From Thalassolituus sp. UBA1087 (GTDB lineage Bacteria > Pseudomonadota > Gammaproteobacteria > Pseudomonadales > Oceanobacteraceae), in the NCBI GenBank assembly GCA_002314145.1, contig DCCG01000002.1:22155-86154 (forward strand): a DNA stretch of 64,000 nt, in the 5' to 3' direction. Under the pieces are notes generated by a model. It had not been told where the DNA came from. It made no database searches and saw nothing but the letters and a program-made list of their open reading frames with translations. The stretch's first letter is position 1. Each line of letters opens with the position of its first letter. A program made the translations under genes and the position numbers. Of this stretch, positions 8,779 to 17,218 are shown piece by piece.

Positions 8779-9850
8779 AACGGCGCTTAAACTGGGTGAC
8801 TTTTTTCAGGTAATTACGGGATTCGGCTTTCGGATGGCGCCGCACAATCGCCTGATAAACTTCATCGGCTGACATACGGTTAATGCGGGCGATGGCCTGA
8901 CGCCGGTCAGAACTGAATGTTTTCAGCAAATTACCGGTGCCACCATTGTAGGCAGCGATCATGCAGTACTCTTTTTTCAGCCAGCCCTGCACATCGCGCA
9001 GGTAAACATCGCGCAGAATAGACAGATAAGCGGTGCCGGTATCGATGTTATTAGCCGGATTAAGCAGATAATTCCGGCCGGGCTTATCATGGCGGCGATA
9101 AATTCGCTGAAACACGTCTTTACCGGCGGTGGACTGCATCACCTGCATCAGTCCGTAAGCACCGGCATGAGACACAGCAAATGGATTAAAACTGCTTTCT
9201 GTTTCCATGATGGCCATGATCAGCGGCACCGATACCCGGTATTTATCACCGGCCTGCTGCGCGAGCCCACGATACCGGCCGGCACTTTTCTGCCGGTGGC
9301 TGCGCACCATGGGAATATTGACCCAATACCGGGCACCGCTTTTTTTCAGTTTATGGTCGGTGAGATATTCGGCGAAACGATTGGCGCGCCAGGGATATTC
9401 AATGACTTTGCCATCATGGTCCAGTACCTGGCCGGCAAGAAAAGGTTTACCGGTAATGCCCATATCCGCTGCGGTATATAAATCAACAGCAGAAGGGTCC
9501 GCCGGTGTCAGCAGTGTGGCTGCAATCGCATGGCGCAGCGAGGTAACCGGTGTTTTGCTGCCCTGGGTTTCGACCCGGATCAGGCCGGCATCAAAATCAA
9601 TGTATACGCGGGTATGAAAGTCATCCAGATACTTTACAAAGGTGCGGACAGAACTCTCTTCATAATCATCGCCCCAGACCTGATTGGCTTTTTCTGAAAA
9701 GAACACGTATTCCAGAATCACCGCCTGTACATCCGAGGATAACTCAGCAAAATTTTCCGGCAGCTCTGTACTGTAGTTTTCCTGACTGAAGGATTCAGCA
9801 CAGACCAGACAACTGATGACGGCCAGGAGGGGTAAAAAAGGAAAATGCAT
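8765..9850 (-). CDS. mltC: Lytic murein transglycosylase, MltC-like (DUF3393 + SLT)
   Basis: SLT motifs IMETESSFNPFAVS, AYGLMQV, NIDTGTAYL, AAYNGG; N-terminal RTFVKYLDDFHTRVYIDFDAG segment. Confidence 0.88.
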   Translation of the reverse strand: MHFPFLPLLAVISCLVCAESFSQENYSTELPENFAELSSDVQAVILEYVFFSEKANQVWGDDYEESSVRTFVKYLDDFHTRVYIDFDAGLIRVETQGSKTPVTSLRHAIAATLLTPADPSAVDLYTAADMGITGKPFLAGQVLDHDGKVIEYPWRANRFAEYLTDHKLKKSGARYWVNIPMVRSHRQKSAGRYRGLAQQAGDKYRVSVPLIMAIMETESSFNPFAVSHAGAYGLMQVMQSTAGKDVFQRIYRRHDKPGRNYLLNPANNIDTGTAYLSILRDVYLRDVQGWLKKEYCMIAAYNGGTGNLLKTFSSDRRQAIARINRMSADEVYQAIVRRHPKAESRNYLKKVTQFKRRYVSW

Positions 9851-9915
9851 AAAGCGGATACAAAACCGGCGGCTTAAAGCCGCCAGTTTATCGGTATGTA
9901 GCCCGGGTGTCAGCT

Positions 9916-11259
9916 TCAGCGTCTGGCTTCGCGCCGTACCGCTGATGGTGAGAAATCCCGTTCACTGAGATCATAACTGAAGTTCATGGTCGATCCGCGT
10001 TCGTTATCCAGACCTTCGGCATAGTAGCGCCCGTCTTTCAGATCGTAGGTGACTTCCAGTGTGGTATAGACCACCGGCACTTCGTAATAATTGATCAGAT
10101 GCGCTTCGGTCACTTCCCACAGCTCGCCATCTTCATCGTATTCCTCGGCGTACACAATGGACCAGGAATCTTCGTCAACATAGTAGCGGCGGGTGCTGTA
10201 ACGATGGCTGTAGCCGACCCGCAGTTTGGCTTCAATCACCCACACCCGGTGGGCTTCATAGCGCAGCAGTTCAGAGTTGATGTGGTGCTCATGAAGAATA
10301 TCATCCAGCTCAATATCTCCCTGGTGCACTTTGTAGGCGTTATACGGGATATAAATCTCTTTTTTGCCTTTCAGTTCCCAGTCGTAATAATCCGGGGCAC
10401 CGTTAAACATATCCACCTGATCCACTGTGCGGATTGAGTTGGTATTCACATCGGCTGTGTCGTAGGCCAGGTCCGGCGTGCGGCGCAGACGGCGCTGACC
10501 CGGCATGTAAATCCAGGATTTACGCGGTGAGCGGATCTGATCCAGCGTCTCATGCACCAGCGTAATGGCACCGGCCATATTGGCAGGCGCCAGCGTTTTA
10601 CGTTTCAGCAGGAAAATTTTGTTATCCAGATCTTTCGGTTCCGCGCCACGCATACTGTATTTAAAGAAGTACTCATACTGACGCAGCACATCCATGCGCT
10701 GACCACCGGCCGTGACGGACGAAGCAACGGCAGTGTAAGAATCCGTCAGACCACGGAAGCGCAGAGTATGATTCCACAACACTTCCAGCCCATCAGCCGG
10801 GATCGGGAATGGCGATGACATGGTGGCGCCTTTCACCCCGGAACCGTATTTGAAGACTTCCGCGCGGGTCGCGTTGGTTTTGATTCCGTCATAGACGTAC
10901 TGCGGGTAAGACGCGGAACGGCGTGTCGGATACACCTCGAAGAACATATCCGGGAAACGTTTCAGCATCTCCCGCTGGCCGTCGGTCAGACGCGCTTTGT
11001 GCTCTTCGGCATTGGCAGCGGTAATACGGAACAAAGGTTTATCAGCGGCGAACGGGTCAGCATGAAAGTCACCGGGCTTATGTGCCTCATCTTTGGGGAT
11101 ACCACCGGTCCAGGCCGGAATATCACGTCCGTTACCGGCTTTCTCTGCCCCCACCGGAGTCAGATCCTGGCCCAGTCTGGCTGCCTCTTCCCTGCTCACT
11201 CCGGCTGCTACACCGCTGCTTGCCAGGGCCAGCACACAACATAAAAGTGTTTTTTTCAT
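9916..11259 (-). CDS. DUF1329 domain-containing exported protein
   Basis: Signal peptide; LTPVGAEKAGN, YPTRRSA, WIYMPGQRRLRRTP, FNGAPDYYDWELKG, VDEDSW are typical of DUF1329. Confidence 0.9.
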   Translation of the reverse strand: MKKTLLCCVLALASSGVAAGVSREEAARLGQDLTPVGAEKAGNGRDIPAWTGGIPKDEAHKPGDFHADPFAADKPLFRITAANAEEHKARLTDGQREMLKRFPDMFFEVYPTRRSASYPQYVYDGIKTNATRAEVFKYGSGVKGATMSSPFPIPADGLEVLWNHTLRFRGLTDSYTAVASSVTAGGQRMDVLRQYEYFFKYSMRGAEPKDLDNKIFLLKRKTLAPANMAGAITLVHETLDQIRSPRKSWIYMPGQRRLRRTPDLAYDTADVNTNSIRTVDQVDMFNGAPDYYDWELKGKKEIYIPYNAYKVHQGDIELDDILHEHHINSELLRYEAHRVWVIEAKLRVGYSHRYSTRRYYVDEDSWSIVYAEEYDEDGELWEVTEAHLINYYEVPVVYTTLEVTYDLKDGRYYAEGLDNERGSTMNFSYDLSERDFSPSAVRREARR

Positions 11260-11372
11260 AGGTGAATTTCCGCCACAGATAGAGTCATATTCGGGCGGAG
11301 GCTACTTCCAAGCCTGAACTCTAGCAACCTGGGGTTACAAAATACTACAAATTACTGAAACCAAGGTTCCAT

Positions 11373-12170
11373 TCAGACGTTTATTGATAATTTAGGAAAT
11401 AGTAAACTCATATTGCTAATACTTTTAGCTGATACAACCTGCGTATCAACCTGACGCAGACGTGCCACCAGAGCTGCTGTCAGCGGCAGGCTGCGCGGGT
11501 CATTGCGCCGCCCAGCCCAGAACGCCGGCGCCATATCCGGGCTGTCGGTTTCCAGCACAATGGATGATTCCGGTAACGCCGCCACCGTACGTCTCAGTTT
11601 CTGCGCCCGTGGGTGGGTTACCGCCCCGCCTATTCCCAGAACAAACCCCAGATCATGCCAGCGCCGGCCCTGCTGCTCACTGCCGCTGAACGCATGCACC
11701 ATACCGCCCTGATCGAAGCCGCTGCGCTTCAGCCAGGCAGCGGCTTCGTCATGCATGCCGCGGATATGAAGGATCAGAGGCAAACGATGCGCCCGGGCCA
11801 GTTCAGCCTGTTGACGGAACCAGAGCCACTGCTGCGCCAGCAGCTCATCATCGGTTGCCAGAACCTTATCCAGCCCGGCCTCACCCACGGCCACAACCGC
11901 CGGGTCTGCCAGGGCACGGTCGAGCCAGTCAATATCCTGCGGGCGATGACTGGCGAGGAAATAAGGGTGTAAACCCTGAGCGTAAAACCAGGGGCGATCA
12001 CGGCACACGTCCGCCAAGCGATCACCCTGTTCACGACTGATGCCCGGAATCAGCAATCCGATGCAGCCCATCTCACGGGCCTGTTGCCAGATAACGGTAC
12101 GATCGGAATTAAAGTCAGGAAAGTCAAAATGGCAATGACTATCAAACCAGGGATAGGGAAAATTCGTCAT
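11373..12170 (-). CDS. TatD family hydrolase
   Basis: FDSHCHFD, GLHP, VGEAGLD, ILH, VHAFSGS, LETDSPD; SD GAAGGA before ATG 12170. Confidence 0.93.
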   Translation of the reverse strand: MTNFPYPWFDSHCHFDFPDFNSDRTVIWQQAREMGCIGLLIPGISREQGDRLADVCRDRPWFYAQGLHPYFLASHRPQDIDWLDRALADPAVVAVGEAGLDKVLATDDELLAQQWLWFRQQAELARAHRLPLILHIRGMHDEAAAWLKRSGFDQGGMVHAFSGSEQQGRRWHDLGFVLGIGGAVTHPRAQKLRRTVAALPESSIVLETDSPDMAPAFWAGRRNDPRSLPLTAALVARLRQVDTQVVSAKSISNMSLLFPKLSINV

Positions 12171-12287
12171 GGTCCTTCCGGCATATGTGAACAAATTTCA
12201 CTCGGTAACTGGCGTAAAGCCGGTTAATCTGCTTCATTGTAATGACCTGTAAAGCAGTTGCTGAACGGCCCGGGAGCACACAGACAG

Positions 12288-12665
12288 ATGGAACTGAGCA
12301 CCAGAGAACTGAGAGAAACCATCATCCGCCCGACGCTGCATTATCTGGGCAAATCATCCGACGCCGCTGAAAACCTGCTGACCGCCATTGTATTGCAACA
12401 GCAACTCCGTCCCCGGGGGAATACCCAGGGTATGTTATACCCCGTGGATGCTGCTCTGCATCAGAAGGTCTGGAATCAGTGCCTGGCCTTTGAACCTGAT
12501 CTGGCCAGTAAAATACGGGGACTGGCTTCCCAACGCGAATTTCTCAATAACCCGCACATTGAGCTGCAGACCAACCTGAGCTATGCCACTGCCATCGCCT
12601 GGGCGGTGTTTCTGGCTTACCCACAGGTTCGCCATCACGCCGAGAAAAACGCTGCCACTGCCTGA
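12288..12665 (+). CDS. Conserved hypothetical protein (degenerate lysozyme-like family member)
   Basis: IIRPTLHYLG...AENLL...LAFEPDLASKIRGLASQREFLNNPHIELQTNLSYATAIAW resembles a recalled Pseudomonas/Oceanospirillales family. Confidence 0.65.
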   Translation: MELSTRELRETIIRPTLHYLGKSSDAAENLLTAIVLQQQLRPRGNTQGMLYPVDAALHQKVWNQCLAFEPDLASKIRGLASQREFLNNPHIELQTNLSYATAIAWAVFLAYPQVRHHAEKNAATA

Positions 12666-13403
12666 TTACTTCAGGTTAAGCGACGGCTTCAATGCCTTCC
12701 ATAAAGCCATATAGTTTCTTGCCAGCGGCACCGCCGGCTGTTCTTCCACAATGGGTTTGCGCAGCGTCAGCATACGTTCTGCACTGGCAGAATAGGCAAT
12801 ATAGGTTTTCATAAATTCCGGATAGGCTTTGAGCTCTTTTTTCACCCAGGCCACATGGCCGGCTTTGCGGCGGTCAATCATAGTGACAAAAGGCAGCCAT
12901 TGTTTGGGTTTGGCCCAGTCAAAATCCTCTTTGATCTGCTGGTAAGCCCGGATCGAAAGCAGCGACGGTTCCACTGGCAGAAGAATACGGTCACAGGCTT
13001 TCAGTACGCCTTCCATCTGCGGTGTCATCATCGGCGGACAGTCAATAATCACCAGCCCATAACTTTCGCCCAGCGCACTGAGCGCCTGACTGACCCGCTG
13101 CTTCGCATCTTTTTTGGAATCGACCCGCTGATGAAATTTACGCAGTGACGCATCGGCTGATAAAACATCAAGCTTAGGAATAGCCGTGTGCTGTATGTAA
13201 TCCGACAGCGGCTTATGCTCATTCCAGAAACCATCCTGCTTACGTTTCGCCTCTGCGCCCAGAATCCAGCTGGCAGCCGCCTGGGGGTCCATATCCCACA
13301 CCAGCACAGGAATCCCCTCCCGCGCAGCCAATGCGGCCAGATTGACCACCGTGGTCGTTTTGCCAACGCCACCTTTGAGCTGATAGACCGCCAGTGTCCG
13401 CAT
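12666..13403 (-). CDS. Orphan ParA/Soj family ATPase
   Basis: Deviant Walker A KGGVGKTTT, WDMDPQA, IIDCPP; SD AAGGA before ATG 13403; no parB nearby. Confidence 0.9.
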   Translation of the reverse strand: MRTLAVYQLKGGVGKTTTVVNLAALAAREGIPVLVWDMDPQAAASWILGAEAKRKQDGFWNEHKPLSDYIQHTAIPKLDVLSADASLRKFHQRVDSKKDAKQRVSQALSALGESYGLVIIDCPPMMTPQMEGVLKACDRILLPVEPSLLSIRAYQQIKEDFDWAKPKQWLPFVTMIDRRKAGHVAWVKKELKAYPEFMKTYIAYSASAERMLTLRKPIVEEQPAVPLARNYMALWKALKPSLNLK

Positions 13404-13496
13404 ATGCCGTATTCCTTTGTTGCCCGGGCCCGGCTGGCTTAAGTTTTTATAAAAGCCCACCGAACCATAATTAACAGTAATAATAACACCCGCGAC

Positions 13497-14516
13497 TCAG
13501 GACGACAGCCCGCAAAGAGTGCGCCGCAATTGGCGGGGGGTGGCAGAGAACCAGCGCCGACAGGCACGGATAAAGGAGCTCTGTTCCTGATACCCCAGAC
13601 CAGTGCTGATATCTGCCAGACTGAGCCCGCTCTGCGCCAGATACTGAGCGGCCAGTTCGCGGCGGACACTGTCCAGCAGATCGCCGTATACCAGCCCCTG
13701 CAGAGCCAGACGTCGTTGCAAAGTGCGGCGCTGCATCCCCAGCTGGGCCGCAATCTGGTCGATACCCACGCCGCCGAACGCCAGCTGACGGGTAATCAGG
13801 CTTTCCACCTGCTTCCCGATATCCAGCGGAAAACGCCGCAGAATATTACTGACAAAGATTTCGGCCGCCTGTCCCAGGCGGGCATCCGCCTGATCCAGAG
13901 TCAGCTGCAGTGCATCCGCGGGCAACAGAATCGCATCCACCGGCTGATTAAACAGAGTGTCACAGTGAAAATACTGGCGATAGGTGTGCACTGCCAGACA
14001 GGGCGACTGACGCAGCAGGATTGTCTGCTGGCCGGCGGCCAGGGGTGCCAGCACCGACCAGAGTTTGGCTGCCATAGCAAACGACTGTTCCGTAATCTGC
14101 CGGTGTGCCACACCATCGGACAGTTTCAGCTGATAGCGCACGCACAACATGCCTGGTGCATATTCGTCATCCGGCACAATATGTCCGCCGGGCGTGTGGT
14201 AGGCGAAGTAACGGATCAGCGCCGTCAGCGCATCGCCCACCGTCCGGGCGTGCCGGACGACCAGCGCCAGCGGTCCATACAGTGACAGGTCCTGCAAGGC
14301 TGACAGGCGCAGGCCAAAGTCTTCCATGTCCAGCTGTTCGGCAGCATCCTCATACAGACCCGCCAGCGCATCCAGTGCTAAAGGGAGTTCATCTTCCTGC
14401 AGCGCGCGGGCGTTGATATTGCGCCGTTCAAGCAGTGCCAGAGGGTCACCTCCTGCTGAACGAACCAGCGTTTCAAACCCCATCAGCGCCCTCGACTGAA
14501 TCATTTCAGAGATCAT
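13497..14516 (-). CDS. AraC family transcriptional regulator, divergent from the kinase-GlpD-aldolase operon
   Basis: FGLRLS...LYGPL N-terminal domain; LGMQRRTLQRRLA...LGYQEQSSFIRACRRWFSATP double HTH. Confidence 0.93.
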   Translation of the reverse strand: MISEMIQSRALMGFETLVRSAGGDPLALLERRNINARALQEDELPLALDALAGLYEDAAEQLDMEDFGLRLSALQDLSLYGPLALVVRHARTVGDALTALIRYFAYHTPGGHIVPDDEYAPGMLCVRYQLKLSDGVAHRQITEQSFAMAAKLWSVLAPLAAGQQTILLRQSPCLAVHTYRQYFHCDTLFNQPVDAILLPADALQLTLDQADARLGQAAEIFVSNILRRFPLDIGKQVESLITRQLAFGGVGIDQIAAQLGMQRRTLQRRLALQGLVYGDLLDSVRRELAAQYLAQSGLSLADISTGLGYQEQSSFIRACRRWFSATPRQLRRTLCGLSS

Positions 14517-14587
14517 ACCGGGCCCCTGGTGACAGCCATCATGGCAGTATTCTTCATGACAGTACTCTTATTGTTACGTCCGCTATT

Positions 14588-14604
14588 TTGTCACCAAATG
14601 ACAA
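14588..14604. promoter_or_regulatory. Perfect palindrome TTGTCA-N5-TGACAA, candidate operator
   Basis: Inverted repeat in the 195-bp divergent intergenic region; extra TGACAG half-sites near 14531 and 14557. Confidence 0.55.
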
Positions 14605-14711
14605 TACGGCATAGTATCCCGGTGCCATCATGTGGCTGCTGTTATCAGTAAAACAACAATAAAACCATCCGCGACAGAACGGATTACCGTTCGCGGCACA
14701 CAGGTCAAACG

Positions 14712-15590
14712 ATGAACAGACACCACCCCACCAGTCTGGCGGAACTCGGAACGCCATTGGTCAGCGCCCGTTCTGCTGAAATCTATCACTGGCAAAGCGG
14801 CCAGATTGTGAAATTATTCCGTGCGGATTTCTGCCGGAATTCCGCCCGGCAGGAACATATCAATGCTGATGAAGCTCACCGTCAGGGGGCTACTCATATT
14901 GAATGCCTGGGTGAAGTCACCATTGAAGGCCGCACCGGCATCATTATGAAACGCCTCGACGGTACGACTCTGACAGCAGCCGCTGACCGTAATCCACTGA
15001 ACATTATTGCTGTACCCAGAACTCTGGCGAGGCTGCATGCTAAAGTCCACGATACACAGACTCAGGTGATGCAGGACATCCGCCTCATGATCCGCGATTA
15101 TCTGGATCATCCGGCGCTGGCGTTTCTCAGCGCAGAGGAAAGAGCCCGCGCAGCGTCCTACCTGCAGACACTGCCGGACGGCGACAGCATTCTGCACATG
15201 GATTTTCATACCGAAAATATTCTCGTCAACCGGCAGACAGAAACGGTGATCGACTGGGCGACAGCGGCGCGCGGCCATGCCGGAGCAGATATGGCCATGA
15301 CCTGGTTTCTGTTTCATGAAGCCGAGTTGTTTCCCGGTATCAGCCGGGCACAGACCATCTTTTACAATCTGATGCGCCGCCTCATCTACCGGCGATATAT
15401 CCGTCACTACGCCAACATCCGCCAGCTGACAAAATCCCGGATCAATCAGGATATTGAACGCTGGTACCCAGCCGCCCTGATCTGCCGTCTGGCGATGTGG
15501 AGTGCCCCCAGCGAAGTAGCCCCTCTGCGTAAAAAAATCCGCGGGCTGATCAACCGCCCGACCGCGGATAACCGGCCAGAGGTAATCTGA
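14712..15590 (+). CDS. Aminoglycoside phosphotransferase (APH)/choline kinase-fold phosphotransferase
   Basis: IVKLF (Lys), LARLHAKVH, Brenner motif LHMDFHTENIL, VIDW. Confidence 0.88.
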   Translation: MNRHHPTSLAELGTPLVSARSAEIYHWQSGQIVKLFRADFCRNSARQEHINADEAHRQGATHIECLGEVTIEGRTGIIMKRLDGTTLTAAADRNPLNIIAVPRTLARLHAKVHDTQTQVMQDIRLMIRDYLDHPALAFLSAEERARAASYLQTLPDGDSILHMDFHTENILVNRQTETVIDWATAARGHAGADMAMTWFLFHEAELFPGISRAQTIFYNLMRRLIYRRYIRHYANIRQLTKSRINQDIERWYPAALICRLAMWSAPSEVAPLRKKIRGLINRPTADNRPEVI

Positions 15591-15592
15591 AT

Positions 15593-17218
15593 ATGAGGGA
15601 AAGTCTTTCATCACTGGCGCAGCAGCCATGGGACATTATCGTCATCGGTGGCGGCATTACCGGCGCTGCGGTATTACGCGAAGCGGCGCGTTACGGTCTT
15701 AAATGCCTGTTGCTTGAGCAACGCGATTTTGCCTGGGGAGCCTCCAGCCGCTCCGGTAAATGGGTCCATGGCGGCCTGCGTTATATTAAAGAAGGTCAGC
15801 TTAATGTGACCTGGCATTCCGTGCATGAACGGGAAAAACTCTGCCGTGAACTGCCCGGTCTGATCAATATGAAATCCATGCACTGGCCTTTATTTAAAGG
15901 ACAGATAAAAAATGAACTGATGATCCGCGCCGGGCTGTTTCTGTACGATGCCATGGCCGGCAAACGTTGGCGGCAGCGGGTAAAAAAAGAACAGCTGCTG
16001 GCGGATTTTCCCGGCCTGCAGGCACCAGGATTAAAAGGCGCTGTGTGTTTTTACGAAGGACAGACGGACGATGCCCGCCTGACACTGAGGATTATTCAGG
16101 AAGCTCAGAAAGAAGGCGCCACCGCACTGAATTACACTCAGGTCACGCAGCTGATAAAAGAAAATAACAGCGTCTGTGGTGTTACGGTACAACAGGAGGG
16201 CAGCAGTGAAACCTTTAATATCCGTGCGCATCAGGTGATTGCAGCCACCGGTGCCTGGGCTGATGACCTGCGCCAGCAGATACACAGTGATACCACCCAG
16301 AAGCTGCGCCCTTTACGCGGCAGCCATCTGGTTTTTGATCAGCACAGACTGCCGGTTAAAAGCACCCTGATTCTGGAACACCCACAGGATAAACGTCCGG
16401 GATTTATCACACAGTTTCAGGGACGCGTCATCGTCGGTAATACCGATATTGATCACCGTCAGAATATGCAGCGGGATGCCTCCGTCACCGGGCAGGAAGT
16501 GGATTATCTGCTGCAGACGGTGCAGCATTATTTCCCGCAATATGGTATCCAAAGGCAGGATATTCTGGCCACTTTTTCCGGCGTCCGCCCGGTGGTGGAT
16601 TCAGGCGCGGATGATCCGTCGAAGGAATCCCGCGACCATATTGTCTGGTATGAAGACGGTCTGATCACCATTGGTGGCGGCAAACTGACGACCTTTCAGC
16701 ATATCGCAGTGGATGCTTTAAAACGCATACAGCGGCGCTTTCCGCAGCTCAGAGAGCTGGACACCGGCGCCCCGTTGCTGGCCAGCCCGGACCACCCATA
16801 TACCCTGGCGGATTTTTCCGTCGGGCAGACAGAACGGCTCAGCGGGCGTTACGGCGGCGCCCTGCCACATATGATTCAGCTGGCGGGAGAAGATGATCTG
16901 AGCCTGATACCGGGCACCGATACCCATTGGTTTGAACTGATCTGGTGTGCCCGCTATGAAGATGTACGCCATCTCGATGATCTGCTGCTGCGCCGCACCC
17001 GTATCGGATTGTTACTGAAAAACGGCGGCGCTGATTATTTTCCCCGTATCCGCGCACTGGTGCAGACGTCACTGGGCTGGAACAACCAGCAATGGCAACA
17101 GGAAATCAGCCGCTATCAACAGCTGTGGAAAATGCACTACAGCGTTCCGGATAGTGAAGTTGTGCAACTGAACAGCGCTCCGGAAAAGCGCCTGCGGGAG
17201 AATCAGAATGATATTTGA
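15593..17218 (+). CDS. FAD-dependent glycerol-3-phosphate dehydrogenase/oxidase-like protein (GlpD2 type)
   Basis: IIVIGGGITG, EQRDFAWGASSRSGKWVHGGLRY, TDDARL, ATGAWAD, RGSHL, FSGVRP, SKESRDH, GGKLTTF, LLRRTRIG. Confidence 0.92.
   Translation: MRESLSSLAQQPWDIIVIGGGITGAAVLREAARYGLKCLLLEQRDFAWGASSRSGKWVHGGLRYIKEGQLNVTWHSVHEREKLCRELPGLINMKSMHWPLFKGQIKNELMIRAGLFLYDAMAGKRWRQRVKKEQLLADFPGLQAPGLKGAVCFYEGQTDDARLTLRIIQEAQKEGATALNYTQVTQLIKENNSVCGVTVQQEGSSETFNIRAHQVIAATGAWADDLRQQIHSDTTQKLRPLRGSHLVFDQHRLPVKSTLILEHPQDKRPGFITQFQGRVIVGNTDIDHRQNMQRDASVTGQEVDYLLQTVQHYFPQYGIQRQDILATFSGVRPVVDSGADDPSKESRDHIVWYEDGLITIGGGKLTTFQHIAVDALKRIQRRFPQLRELDTGAPLLASPDHPYTLADFSVGQTERLSGRYGGALPHMIQLAGEDDLSLIPGTDTHWFELIWCARYEDVRHLDDLLLRRTRIGLLLKNGGADYFPRIRALVQTSLGWNNQQWQQEISRYQQLWKMHYSVPDSEVVQLNSAPEKRLRENQNDI

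Noticed and set aside
13530-15629. 251-aa (+, 13530-14285) and 271-aa (-, 14814-15629) ORFs
   Set aside because: Antisense to the AraC and APH-kinase genes, which carry clear family motifs.
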